A DNA stretch of 64,000 bases, taken from NCBI RefSeq assembly GCF_009914755.1, contig NC_060931.1; one strand, written 5' to 3'. This document shows positions 15,230-28,996 of the stretch, piece by piece. A program made the position numbers and the translations under genes. The notes under the pieces are model-generated. The model worked only from the letters and a program-made list of their open reading frames with translations. It was not told where the DNA came from and made no database searches. Source of the stretch: the human T2T-CHM13v2.0 reference genome, Homo sapiens. Numbering within the stretch: position 1 is the first letter of the stretch; every line of letters starts with the position of its first letter.

Positions 15230-15580
15230 AATAACAGCAATAATAACCTTTACTCAGCACATGCTGCATCCCAGGCACTTTGGTGCAGCACTTTACATGA
15301 CTTTCTGTCTTCCATCCTCACAGTCACCCTTTGAGGTGGGTATTAGGATGAACCATGTGAAACTGCCATTTTTGTAGGTCAAAAACAGTCAAATATTGGC
15401 AATTGTATGTGGTCCAATCTAATAATCTTTTTGTAATCAAAAACAGTCAAATATTAGCAGTCCTATGTGGTTCAATCTGATCATCTTACTGTATTTGCTT
15501 TGCAAATAGAGAAATTCAGACATTGAAACTTGCTCAAAGTCCACCCATCTACCAGGTGCCAGAACTGGAATTTGAACAAG
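15230..15580 (-). mobile_element. MIR interrupted by MADE2
   Basis: CCAGGCAC...CTTTACATG...ATCCTCAC..GAGGTGGGTATT before the MADE2 and AGAACTGGAATTTGAAC after it. Confidence 0.7.
15343..15422. mobile_element. MADE2 (80-bp mariner MITE)
   Basis: TTAGGATGAACCATGTGAAACTGCC...GGCAATTGTATGTGGTCCAATCTAA inverted arms, flanked by TA dinucleotides. Confidence 0.85.
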
Positions 15581-17078
15581 GTACTCCCCTCCACACCCTC
15601 ACACTGAACTGCCGCCGCACAGTGCTGTCTCCTTGGGTGGAAGAAAAAGGCATATTTTTGTGGCCTAGGTGTTAAATAGGTTCTTCAACAACACCTCGGC
15701 CAACTTTGAGATCAAAGATGGTTGGTCAGATGAATCAAATGTTTCCTGGAGTCTTGGGTTACACTCGTAATGCTCTGTTTAAAAGGAATGATATGTAGTG
15801 AGCACATCAGAAATCTGGAAGATGGAAAATCTCTCTTTAGGATCTCTGCTCCTCTCTCGAGCAAAGAAAGAAATCGGTGTGGTGCCAGCAGAGGTGTTCT
15901 CAGCAGGACCTGGCCCATTAAATGAAAGACTTCCATGCTGAGCCAATCAAGAGAGACCTGGACAAAAATCAGACTCTTTCCTGCCCTGGAAACCCATGCC
16001 TTGAATCTGTAATTCATCTGTTAAATCAAGTGTGCAGCCGGTGGTTTAGCACAGAGGGGGACGACGGGGAAGAGAGAGGGGCAGGAGCTGCAGCACTTGA
16101 ATTTCCAGCATCAGAGTCCAGTTAGGGAAAAGAAACAGAGCTGTGATAGCTTCTTGGACCTTATGTTTCCAGCAAAGAGAAAGCAGCAGGAAAGATTTTT
16201 GAAAACAGATGAGCTGGTGGAAGGTATTAGAACAATGGCGGAAGAGGCAGGGACCCCAGGGGCTGAACAAAACACAGTTCCGCTGTTGCCTTTCAACAAG
16301 ACTGAATAAAGTTTAGGATTTTTTTTTTATGGGACTTGTAGCCGTTTTTAAACTTTCATTTTTCATAATGTCACAGATAATCTTTTTATCTATTATCCAC
16401 TGGCTCTTTTCTGAGAGGCATTTGCATCAAATAGTGCTGTACAGATCATGACTGTCTCTAGTGGGGAAAGCAGCTTGAAATGAAAGGTTATTCACTCCCT
16501 CTGCTTTCGCTGGCTTTGTTCTTGATTCTCACACATTTTTTTACATCTGAATTCGGGTATTTCTGGAGTTTTTCTTTAGAAACCCTTCCATTCTGAGATC
16601 TAAGCATATTCAGACTCCGATCTATATATCAGGGGTTACAAAGCTTATGCCTACTGAAAGTGAAGCATGTACTTTGAAACATTTGTTGGATACCCCATGG
16701 TTTCCAAAATCCCTTCAGAGCATTTCCTACAGAGGCAGCAACCGTAAAAAGCGGCCAGTCACACAGTGGGGGCCCTTTCCCTAGCACTGGCCTCCTGGTG
16801 GCAGTGGAGCAGTGGCCTTCCAAGCATGCACTGCGAGACATGAGTGGGGCAATCCGCTCCTTCCAACTGCAGGGAGAACGGGTCTGCAGAATGAATTCTC
16901 TTTCTCCACTCCTCCCATGTGGGGAACAAACGAGAGCCCTCCCAGGGGGCGAAGTGGAGCTGCAGGAGAGCATGGTGGAAAACCCAGGAGCCACCTGGGC
17001 TAACAGGGAATCAAAAATGACCTTTTTGTGCACAAAACCCCCTGGGAAAAAAAATGACCTAGAAAGAAGTGGGGTTAT

Positions 17079-17434
<356 letters not shown>

Positions 17435-17767
17435 TTAACTCATCACCCCAAGCTCCAGGGGGACTCTGGGGGAAGGTTGAGACCAGGTTTGTTCTCAGGC
17501 CTGCCTGACAGAGCCCCTCAGGAAAGCATCATCCACTCCAGCTTTCTCCTCTGCTGTTCCCCACTCAAACACTCCTGCCATTCCCTCTCAGAAAGCCCAG
17601 AAACCTTTCTTCCCCTCCCCAGGAGGAGGGAGAGCAGTCTGCAGAGGCAAGGCCTGAGTGGCCACAATGACTTAGGTATTCCAGCTGTGCCCAGAACTTG
17701 GTCTCAGACAAGTGCACCCAGGTTAGTAGTGACCTCAGAGAACAGTGGCCAGGAACTTGTTTTTGCA

Positions 17768-17769
<2 letters not shown>

Positions 17770-17808
<39 letters not shown>

Positions 17809-17826
17809 ATATATATATATATGTAT
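17770..17826. repeat. Compound (TG)n(TA)n microsatellite
   Basis: Direct reading. Confidence 0.95.
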
Positions 17827-17939
17827 AAAATAAGGGGGCACTGGCCCCCAGAGAAGTACTGACAACAACCTCTGGTTAGAGGGCAGTTCTTTGCAGCTTT
17901 TGATGACAACCTGCGAGGAGAGAATGTTGCTCTCAATTG

Positions 17940-18050
17940 TTCAAGAAACTGAAAGCTTAGAGAGGTTGAAGCGATTTGCCAAGTTCACGGGCTGGTGACG
18001 GAGTGGGCCTCAGAACTCAGATCTTTCTGACTCAAACTGCCTTGTTCTTA
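17940..18050 (-). mobile_element. MIR fragment
   Basis: GAAACTGAAAGCTTAGAGAGGTTGAAGCGATTTGCC core. Confidence 0.7.
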
Positions 18051-19032
18051 CCATCCCCTATCTCCCTAGAGGTTGTTAGAACTTTTGGGGGCATACTGTT
18101 CCTTTATTTTAGAAACTCTTTGGATATAGGGTAGTGGTTGAAGCAGCTCTGAGGATCTGTTTTGAAGAGAAGGGTAGCATTGTTAGACTAGTAGGGTAAT
18201 TTCCTTTTCCCAAGCTCGTCCCTCCAGACCTTTGAGCCGGTCATCATAGTTTTATATTTTATGACCGAAAAGAAACTTCTGTTAAATCGTAAATACACTA
18301 AAAGCCCTGGTGCCTAAACACATGAACGTATTATCTCCTTGAGCCTGGAAATCTCCCAGCAATGTGGCAGGAATGTAGAAACAGTCTGAGTTGTCAACAA
18401 AACATAACAGATTTCCCAGTTGTAACAAACATACGTGTAGTTGTGAATGGAAAACTCTCCCAATAAGCAAAATAATGGCCTTTTTCGTGTTGTTTTCCTC
18501 ATTTACCATAGCTGTCCTTTCAGAGTGCCATCGGTTTCAAATGTTTCATTGTATTGATATTTATAACACTTCTAGTAAGCAGAGTGCCCACTACATTATT
18601 TTTATTTAACTCTCTCCAGAGTTAAAGGAACTTGTAGTTAAGGTGTCATCTTTCAGATTTACAATTTTACCTAGATTGGCAACATGGGTGGCAAAGTGCT
18701 TGGAACTAAGACAGAAAAGTTGGTTCCAGTCCTGGCCTGCCTTTGTGTGTGACTTGAGTAAGGCTCAGGAAGAGAGGCTGCTGATACCCACCCCACCTGT
18801 CCCCACCCCACCTGCCCCCACCCCAGATGGGTCCCAAGGCAAATGTGAAAGATTAGGTGCTCCTGAATGTGACACCAGACGTGGTGTGACAGAGCCCATT
18901 TGTGGGTGTCTGTTTCAAAGCTTTTGGTTCATAGGCCATGCTGCCCGCTTTGCTGGAGGAAAGTTCCAAGACCCACACCAGGCTACTCCTTGACAGGAAG
19001 CTTTTGTTCCTAGCAACGGGTTTACCCAGTCT

Positions 19033-19344
19033 TTGTTTGTTTGTTTGTTTGTTTGTTTGTTTTGAGACAGGGTCTCACTCTGTCCCCCAGGCTGGAGTGC
19101 AGTGGTGCTATCTCAGCTCACCGCAACCTCCACCTCCAGGTTCAAGCGGTTCTTCTGCCTCAGCCACCCAGGTAGCTGGGATTACAGGCACTGGCCATCA
19201 CGCCTGACTAACTTTATATATTTTTAGTAGAGACAGGGTTTCACCATGTTGGCTAGGCTGGTCTCAAACTCCTGACCTCAAGTGATTCTCCCGCCTCAGC
19301 CTCCGAAAGTGCTGGGGTTACAGGCATGAGCCACCCCGCCTGCC
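19033..19344 (-). mobile_element. AluS with (TTTG)n tail
   Basis: Full dimer. Confidence 0.95.
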
Positions 19345-19884
19345 CCGACTCTCTTCTTAATATGCTCCATGCGTTTGTTTATGCTCCCCCCACCTGCAAC
19401 ATACTTTGTAGTCTACGCATGTGTCAGGGCTATTTGCTGGTCTCTTTTCTCTCACCCTGATCTGGCTGTGAGCAGATAATCCCCCATTCCTCAATTTGGC
19501 TGGTACTGCAGTTGGCACGGCTCTCCAAACTCTGCAGCCACCAGACATGTAGAAACAAACCTCTAGGCTTCCCAGGAGGCTCACGGACTGCCTCATGGCT
19601 GAGCCTTCAATAGAGATGATCATCTATGAAAATAATAACAAAAAATGTTGCTGGTTATAAATGCAATATATGCTCAATAGAAATAGTAGTCTATAAAATT
19701 AGAAAGTTATGCTGTTATAAATAGAATATATGCTCATTGTAAAAATGTAGAAAATGTAATACATATTAAGAAAAAATATTCATATTTGCCATCGATATAT
19801 ATTTTACATATTTGTATGTTTTTTCAGTATGACACATCAAAGAAAGGGCAGAATCTTCTTTCTTCTCTTAACTTTTTGTCGTGA

Positions 19885-19975
19885 GCAATACAGTGTTAAG
19901 TTCAGGGAAGGAATTGAGTTCGGAGCCAAACTGCCCAGGTTTGAATTCAGCTCTGCCACTTGCTAGTTGTGTAAT
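19885..19975 (+). mobile_element. MIR 5' part
   Basis: GGAGCCAAACTGCCCAGGTTTGAATTCAGCTCTGCCACTTGCTAG. Confidence 0.75.
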
Positions 19976-19999
19976 ACTGCTTTTTTGTTTGGTTTGGTG

Positions 20000-20305
20000 T
20001 ATTTTATTTTATTTATTTTATTTTTTTTTGAGATGGAGTCTTGCCCTGTTGACAGGCTGGAGTACAGTTGCACAATCTCAGCTCACTGCAACCTCCGCCT
20101 CTGGGTTCAAACAGCTCTCCTGCCTCAGCCTCCCGAGTAGCTGGATTACAAGTGTGTGCCACCATACCCAGTTAATTTTTGTATTTTTAGTAGATATGAG
20201 GTATCACCATGTTGGCCAAGCTGGTCTCGAACTCCTGACCTCAAATGATCCCACCCGCCCTGTCCTCCCGAAGTGCTGGGATTACAGGCATGAGCTACCA
20301 CGTCC
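20000..20305 (-). mobile_element. AluS
   Basis: Full dimer. Confidence 0.93.
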
Positions 20306-20492
20306 ACTGCCTGCCTGTCTTTTACTGAAGTTGTAGATGTCCTCTTTGCCTATTCTCTGAATTCTACCCCTACCCTACCCATGGTGACCCACAGAGTGCT
20401 TTGTATACAATAGGGGTGTCATTAATGTTTGTTGAACATAAATGAATTAAAATATAACATCCTAAAAGTGATTTCAAACTTTGGAATTTAGG

Positions 20493-20798
20493 TTTTGTTG
20501 TTTTTGTTTTTTATTAGAGACGGTCTTGCTCTGTTGCCCAGGCTGCAGTGCGGTGCCACCATCTTGACTCACTGCAACCTCAAACTTCTGGGCCCAAGTG
20601 ATCCTCTCACCTCAGTCTCCTGAGTAGCTGGGACTACGGGCACAATCCACCATGCTAGCTACTTTTTTTTTTTTTCTTGTAGAGATGGTGTTTCACTATG
20701 TTGCACAGGCTGGTCTTGAACTCCTGGCCTCAAGCGATTCTCCTGCCTCTGCCTCCTAAAGTGCTGGGATTAACAGGCATGAACCACCATGCCTGACC
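20493..20798 (-). mobile_element. AluJ
   Basis: Diverged dimer; short TSD ACTTTGGA. Confidence 0.92.
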
Positions 20799-20965
20799 TG
20801 ACTTTGGACAAGTTATTTGGCATTTATAATTCCACTTTCTCATCTACAAAATAGAGACAATAATAGTACCTACCTCATGGGGCTGTTTTGAGGAATTAAC
20901 ACAAATAAAGCACTTAGAATAATGCTTCGTGCTGTGCAGTAAGCACTCAATAATCTAAGTTGGTA
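20799..20965 (+). mobile_element. MIR 3' part
   Basis: CTCATCTACAAAATAGAGACAATAATAGTACCTACCTCAT...GTAAGCACTCAATAA. Confidence 0.8.
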
Positions 20966-21909
20966 ATATTCCTGTTTTTATATCGTGTTTTAATAAATGA
21001 GAACATAACATTTTAAAATCAAGGAGCTGTGATTTCATGCTCTGCACACTGCCTCAGTGACATAAAGACTGGGACTGAAGCTGGGGCATCACTCCCTTTG
21101 GTTTCCCCTCTCCTAGGCCCTTAGTCACATACACCTTGGAGAACAGGCACAACCGAGAGGACCTGCATTTCAGTGATGTCCGAGGCCAAGGGACAAGGCC
21201 AGATTCTAGTCAGGTGATAATGGAATGAGAGTGTTCACTGCACATGTCTTAATGAATGGAGATGATAAGGGGTCACCAAGCCCTATATATTTATAGTGCT
21301 TTATTTTTCATCCAAAAACACAAAGTGCTGTTTAGTCCCCACAACAATCAGGAAAGCGAGGAACTATTCTTCCCACTGAGGGGATGGGAAAGCTGAGTCC
21401 CCTTGGTGGGACCGGGCTGCAGGCGCAGGGACTTGCTCCCCTCAAACTGTTGTGGTCTCACCACAGTCAGGACCAGTCACTTGAACAGCTCCCATTTCCC
21501 CAGAATGATTCTATAGAGAGGCAGGAGAACCCTGGACCCTGAGCAGGAGACTTCAGTCCAGGGGCCAGCAGCGCAAGCACAGCGTCATAGAACATCATAG
21601 AACATAGAACATTATTCTGCTCAGGGCAAAATAATGTGGGCTGCACAGTCTGGCCCAGGCAGCCCTCAGTGTTGTGCCCTCAAGTGTTGAGATGACAGGA
21701 GGATGGGGTCAGGCCAGTGATCCTCAAAGTCAGAAGAAGAATACTATGCCTCAATCCTACTCATTTCCTTTCCAAACTCTCCCTAGAGGGCCTCTAACTG
21801 TGGCTGAGGGGAGGGGCGGCACTTTTTGATACACGGTGCAACTTGCCCACTTTGACCCTGACCTTTGCTCTGTCCCCTTCAGGTGACCCTGGCAAGTAGC
21901 TTTTTAGAG

Positions 21910-22090
21910 CAGTGGTTCTCAAACTTGAGTGTGTGCAGAATCCCCTGGGGTTGGGGGGCAGGGCTTTGAAAATACAGATTGCTGGGCCCCACCCCTAGAG
22001 TTTCTGATACAGTGGCTCAGGGATGGGCCCAATAATTTACATTTCTGACATCTGGGTTCCTGGATGCTGCTAGTGGAGAGAACCGGTGAT
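21910..22090. mobile_element. MER5A (hAT-Charlie)
   Basis: CAGTGGTTCTCAAACTT terminus; CAGATTGCTGGGCCCCACCCC core. Confidence 0.85.
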
Positions 22091-22399
22091 TTGATAGCAT
22101 TGGTGAGCTGGCTCAACTCTCTGCTCAGGAAAGTGACAGGATGCCTCAAATGCTGAGTGCTGCGTATTCAAATTCCAAACACAAGGCAACTAGGATGGGA
22201 GCCCTTCTAGACTCTGTGTATTCAAGGACCAGGGAGAGGCTTAGCAGCTCTCAGCTCTCCTGGCACAGAGAGAGTTCTCTGAAGCTTGCTGTTTTTCTCT
22301 CTCCTACTTTGATAGTTTCCTCCATTTGTATGGGCGGAGGTTGCAAAGGCCAGAATAGACTCAGCGAGAGTGGGAGATGGGGGTGAGTGAGTGTGTTCA

Positions 22400-22869
<470 letters not shown>

Positions 22870-23013
22870 CTAGGCAGCCCCTCCAGGAATTCCTCTTCCA
22901 TGCACCTCCTTGGGCAGAGCGTTGAGGTGTGGTGGCTGAAATTCAGGAATTATTGTGGAAGCTTGAGTTTGCATGCCCACTCCGTTTCCTACTAACTAGC
23001 TCAGGGGCGGGGG

Positions 23014-23047
23014 AGTTTCTGAACTATGTTGGCATAGTTCAGAAACT
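23014..23047. repeat. Perfect 15-bp inverted repeat with 4-nt loop
   Basis: AGTTTCTGAACTATG-TTGG-CATAGTTCAGAAACT. Confidence 0.97.
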
Positions 23048-23489
23048 TAATGTTTAAGTGTCTTAATGTATACGATGGAGATAATGCTCTCTGATTTACT
23101 GACCTCTCGGGTTGTGGGCTAGACACCAGAGTTTCAGAGTTCTCGGTGCACTGCTGTGTATTCCTGGGAATGCCCCTGAGGGTGGAGCTCTCTGTAAGGA
23201 AGGCAGCCCCAAGGGCAGGGCTGGTCTCTTTAGAAAGACTAGGAATGAGGACACCCGGCGTCCAGGCCTAGCTTTTCCACCCACTCACCTTCACAGCTCC
23301 TTCATCCTTTCTGCTTCAGTTCCCTCCTCTGTAACATGAAGTTGGAGTAGATACTTCATTCAGAGCATCTTCCGGCTGTAAATGGCTTGAGCCCATTGTC
23401 AACTGGAAGACAGAGTGTGACGTCTAAAAACCCAAACAGCAAAGAGCATCTCTTCCAAACCACCCAATCTGGAGAGGTGGGGCAGTTTT

Positions 23490-24415
23490 GTGGTTCCGGC
23501 ACCGACACCGTCCCTTTCACACGGTACTGAGCCGCGGGCTGCTTCGGGGCGGCCCTCCCCGCCCCGTGCCTTGCCGGGATGGCAGAGCGGATCAGAAGCT
23601 GCGCGCGCTCTGCCTGCGCGCTTTGCCTGCGCGCTTTGCCGCCGCAACCCGCGCAGCAGCCAATCCGCTGGTGCACTGCAGGTGACCTCCCCCGGGCCCG
23701 GGAATAAATTGTCAAGTTTCCCCACCGTGGGTGTCTTTGCTAGCCGGCGAGTTGCAGTCTTCTGAGCTAATTAGGAGACGGTCATGAGGAGCGAGGCGGG
23801 CCGGGGCGCTCCGCGGGCCGGGGCGGGGCTGGGGCGGGCGGCGCGCAGCTCCTGGGCCGAGGCATCCGCGAGCCGCGGGTAGATCGCTCGCGTCTGATCG
23901 CCGCCCGGGAGCTCCCGCGGAGCCGGCTGCCAGGACTCGTTCCAGCTCCAGTGCGGGGCTGCCCGGGCGTCCAGAGGCGGCGGACGGCGTGCCGGCAAGT
24001 TTCCCCGGCACCTGCCAGTGCCCGCGAACCCACCTCGGAAGCCAGACCCGGGGAGGCAGAGGCAGAGGCCGGCTGGCTCCAGCCGTGGTACCGCACGGCT
24101 GCCACCCTCGGACTTCCGTCTTGAGTCTCCTGAGGCTGAGAAGCAGCAGATGCCGAACCTGCCCCCTGACGTGGACGTACACCTCAAGACCTAAAATGCG
24201 CCCTGCCTGGAGACTTTGAACTTAGTCTTCTGGAAATGCGGAGACCGCTTCGGGTGGTTTTGTTTTTGCATCCTCTTCGGCTAGGTTTGGCTTTGGGATT
24301 CTCTGGCTACCTGGATACGCCTTTCCTTTGTGGGCAAGTCTCCCGCGGATCGCAGCACCAGCAGCCAACCCTGGGGCACACCAGCCTTTAAAACCCCCGA
24401 GCCTGGAGACGCATG
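23490..24415. promoter_or_regulatory. CpG island, probable intragenic alternative promoter
   Basis: Very high GC and CpG density against CpG-depleted flanks; CCAAT at 23660-23664; GC boxes GGGGCGGGG at ~23820-23838; TGCGCGC repeats at 23600-23635. Confidence 0.88.
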
Positions 24416-27092
24416 GAGCTAGAGAAGAGGACCCAACTCCTGACCACGTAAGGACTCTGATTCCACCTTTCCCGTGATGGAGAGAAATATAATTTCATGG
24501 CAGAATTTTCTTTAAGCACATTGTCTGATAGGATTGGCAATTACTAACCAGGAAAATGAGTAGCAATTAGGAGTTCAGTAATAAATGGAAGTCTATTGTC
24601 CTAATTGAGTGGAATTACTGACTGGTAATGGCAACACTGAATTCTTCAGTTTAATTAAGAGTTTATATAATTATAGTGCACTTTTTATTTCTTGGGGGAG
24701 CCATGGGGTAGGAATTAAATAACCAGTGTGATGGTTAAGAAACCCATTTAATGGGTAAGTAACCAATGAGTTGAAATGAATGTGAGTGCCTTGCTCAAGC
24801 AATGCAAACTTAGATGAATTCCTGATAAAGAGATGTAACAGCTTGGGCCAAGCAAGACTTTCAGCTGCTAATTCCTGTCTGATAAAAATCTGAACGGCTT
24901 AGAAATGATTGGGTAATCTCTAAAACTGGCACACTGAAACTGTTTTAGAGATACCAGAGCTCCCTCTCTCCTGCCGGGGTATTAACCCCGATTTGTGCTC
25001 TCTGTCGCTGTGTTTTCCACATTCTTCAAGAGTGAAACGAGTGGGTCATTTGAGAGTGCTTTTGCAGCCTGGGGTTTCTGTATGGAAAATCTTGTGATTG
25101 AGCTGTTGAGCTGTAAATGTTGATAGCTGAAGGGGATAGACAAGCTTCATCGAAGTTACTCAAATTCAAAGCAGAGTGAGTATGTAGGTGTGCAATTTGG
25201 GAACTAATCTGTAATTATAAAGATGTTATTTTCCTCTTTGGTGGTGTATTGTTTCCTTTACTATTATGTTCTCAAGAAATTGTTCCCCTTGTGGGAAGCA
25301 GTGAAATTGGAGAGAAATCCCTGCTCAGAGGATAATTACTTATATTTTTGGTGTAGGTTTCTGGGAATCCTTTTAACCCTACATTGGGATGCACATATTT
25401 ATTTCCATAAGAAGCTCCAGCAGGTTTGGAAATCACTAGGTTTTGAATACACTGGTAGATAATTAGCACTTCAAGTAACAATATTTATGCCACTCTGTAC
25501 CTTGACTTCTTTTTCTTGCTTACACGAGGTCTAGATTTTCAACAGGATGATCAGGGACTACCTTCTCTAGAGAGCTTGCATATTGCAAGTGGGTTCAGGG
25601 AGCACCATTATAGTTGCATTTCACTCCAGAAGAGACAGTGAGTGGCATGGAAGGGGCATTGCATCTTGAATACTGCATGCGTTTTAAAGTTTGCAGAGCT
25701 TATTCATAAATCCGCTTGGTTAATGAGAAAAAAGCAGGTATCGAAAGACGTTTGCTGTATGTGTGCCTCCCAGTCTCAGCCCTTCCAGGTGCTTTGCAGG
25801 TCCCTAAGTACAGAGTGTCACTGTCCAGAATTTTAAGGGCTTACCTACCCTGGTTTTTCCCCTCTCCCCTAGTCCTGTTTTGTCATTGCTACCATGAAAA
25901 TCTAGCAAAAGTGTAGAAAGTTGTGTCCTTCCAGAACCACGGTTTCTCAGTGCAGGTTTACTGTATTGAGCGCCCACTCCTTTTCTGTTTGTATTCTGCC
26001 CAAGGCACAGCAGACATTCACTCCTTTTATTTCCCATGAAATTGTACAACAGGCAGAAGCTTGAAGATACAACACGGATGGAAATTTGAGCCTTGTAACG
26101 TTCAAAAATGACACAATTGCCAAGTTTCCTAACTTTTCCTAAGAGTTGATTAAAGATCACAACTTCATATCGCTCCTTTTTCCCTATGCATTTGCCGTCC
26201 ATCACACACCTGACTGTGAGCTGTTGTAATAGCTAGATGAGGTTTAAAAAAAGAGGGAGTAGGGGCTCAAGGATTGCTGTCCTCTCAGAAATGTTGCCCA
26301 AGGCTACCCTAAGGCTCAGCCTACCCCCAGATTCTCTTTCTGACAAGTGGGTGTTTGGTAGGATGGTGTGAAAGTTTCCTTCTATGATAACATCTTTAAG
26401 ATTTGTTTCCAAATTCCCTTTTTTTTCTTTTTGTAACCTGCTGAGAATATGAGTCTGTAACCTATGTATTTATCTGAAGTCAGCCTGAACAGATAGAAAA
26501 ACTGAGTTACAAGGTATGGGACTCCCAGTAAATTAGGAACAGATGTGGGTCAAAAACAGATTTCCAAACTCTTTATCAAATGATCCCACTTGGAAACAAG
26601 ACATGAACAGGCCTAACTACTCTTAAAATGCAAGGTTTGTCTGAGGGCAAACATGCTGGAAAAGATGGTGGCCACCACCCTGCCTCTACTTTTCTTTTCC
26701 TTTCATCTTTCTTCCCACCGTCTTTGGTTCCCTGCATAGGCTGTGTAGTGGGTATCAGTCAGCACTTGTCTGCTGGTTGCACAATGCAGATTACTCACTT
26801 CTGCCCAAGTAACTCCCTGAAGCCGTACTGTAACAATAGAGCATATAAAAAAGAAACTCAGGTTGATCTTGGCCCCTGTCCAAGGGGATTAGCTAGGGAG
26901 CACCTGAAAGGCCTGTGTTGAACACACTCACCTGTAACCCAGTTCCATGGCCTGGATCTCAAGGACAGGGTAATCTCAGTACCTTTTAATGACCTAGTAA
27001 ATGTGGTATCTTTCTGTCTTTACACTCGACCTGATGGCTCATAGAGTCTCCTCATTATGGAGCTGGAGGAGTACTTTGAGGTCATCTAGGCC

Positions 27093-27590
27093 CTCACTAC
27101 TCAAAGTGTGGACCATGGGTCAGCAGCATTGGTATCACCAAGGAGCCTGTTAGAAATGCTGAACCTCAGGTCCATCCCTGGATTTATAGAATCAGAATCT
27201 GCGACAGGTTCCCCAGATTTCTCATATGCATTATGACAGGTGGGGTTGTCCCATGATCCAACTCTGAGATGGAGTTTAGCCAGTGGCGTATTTATTAAGG
27301 AGTGCCCTTTGGATCAATACCTATGGGAAGGAGGAGGAAGGAACAGGAATAGGTAGGTAGAGCAAGAAGTCAAGCAGCAATACAGGCCCAGTGACAGTCA
27401 TCACTCACAACACGGGAAGCTACACAGCTAGGTCAGCCTTCTAAGTTGTCTGTGGTGGGCAGGGATGGCCAGGCCTTTCAACTCACTGCAGACAGCACTC
27501 CCAGCAGTCAGCAGCAAGTCTGTCATTAGACAGGGATCTGGGTAGCTCATCACAGTGTCCACCACATGCACTGAAGTTGGGAGAAGCTCT
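27093..27590. mobile_element. MER5A1-like MITE split by LTR16 (27093-27231 and 27567-27590)
   Basis: CTACTCAAAGTGTGG..CAGCAGCAT..GAATCAGAATCTGC, then resumes AAGTTGGGAGAAGC. Confidence 0.75.
27232..27566 (-). mobile_element. LTR16-family (ERVL) solo LTR
   Basis: Reverse strand begins TGTGGTGGACACTGTGATGAGCTACCCAGATCCC; polyA-like signal near CTCTGAGATGGAG; 5-bp TSD TGCAT/TGCAC. Confidence 0.75.
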
Positions 27591-27599
27591 ATTCTGGGT

Positions 27600-27782
27600 C
27601 ACTGGTTCTCAAAATGTGGCTGCATACCAACAGGACCTTCAGCACCCCGGGGACTCATTAGAGATGCACATTCCTGAGCCCCACCCACAGCTACTGAATC
27701 AGAAACTAGGGTGGGGCTCAGCAACCTGTGTTTTCACACGTTCTCCAAGTGAGTGCTGCATGCCCAAGTTTCAGAACCACTG
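27600..27782. mobile_element. MER5A
   Basis: TIRs CACTGGTTCTCAAA...TTTCAGAACCACTG; CTACTGAATCAGAAACT core. Confidence 0.85.
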
Positions 27783-27809
27783 CTCCAAGGCAGCCTTTTT
27801 TCTGTTTGT

Positions 27810-28996
<1,187 letters not shown>

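Noticed and set aside
16109-16223. Purine-rich 115-bp candidate cassette exon (TTTCCAG...AAG|GTATTA)
   Set aside because: Very short pyrimidine tract, mediocre donor, no coding support
23356-24219. Overlapping Arg/Pro/Ala/Gly-rich ORFs on both strands
   Set aside because: Stop-codon scarcity in GC-rich island DNA; no frame stands out
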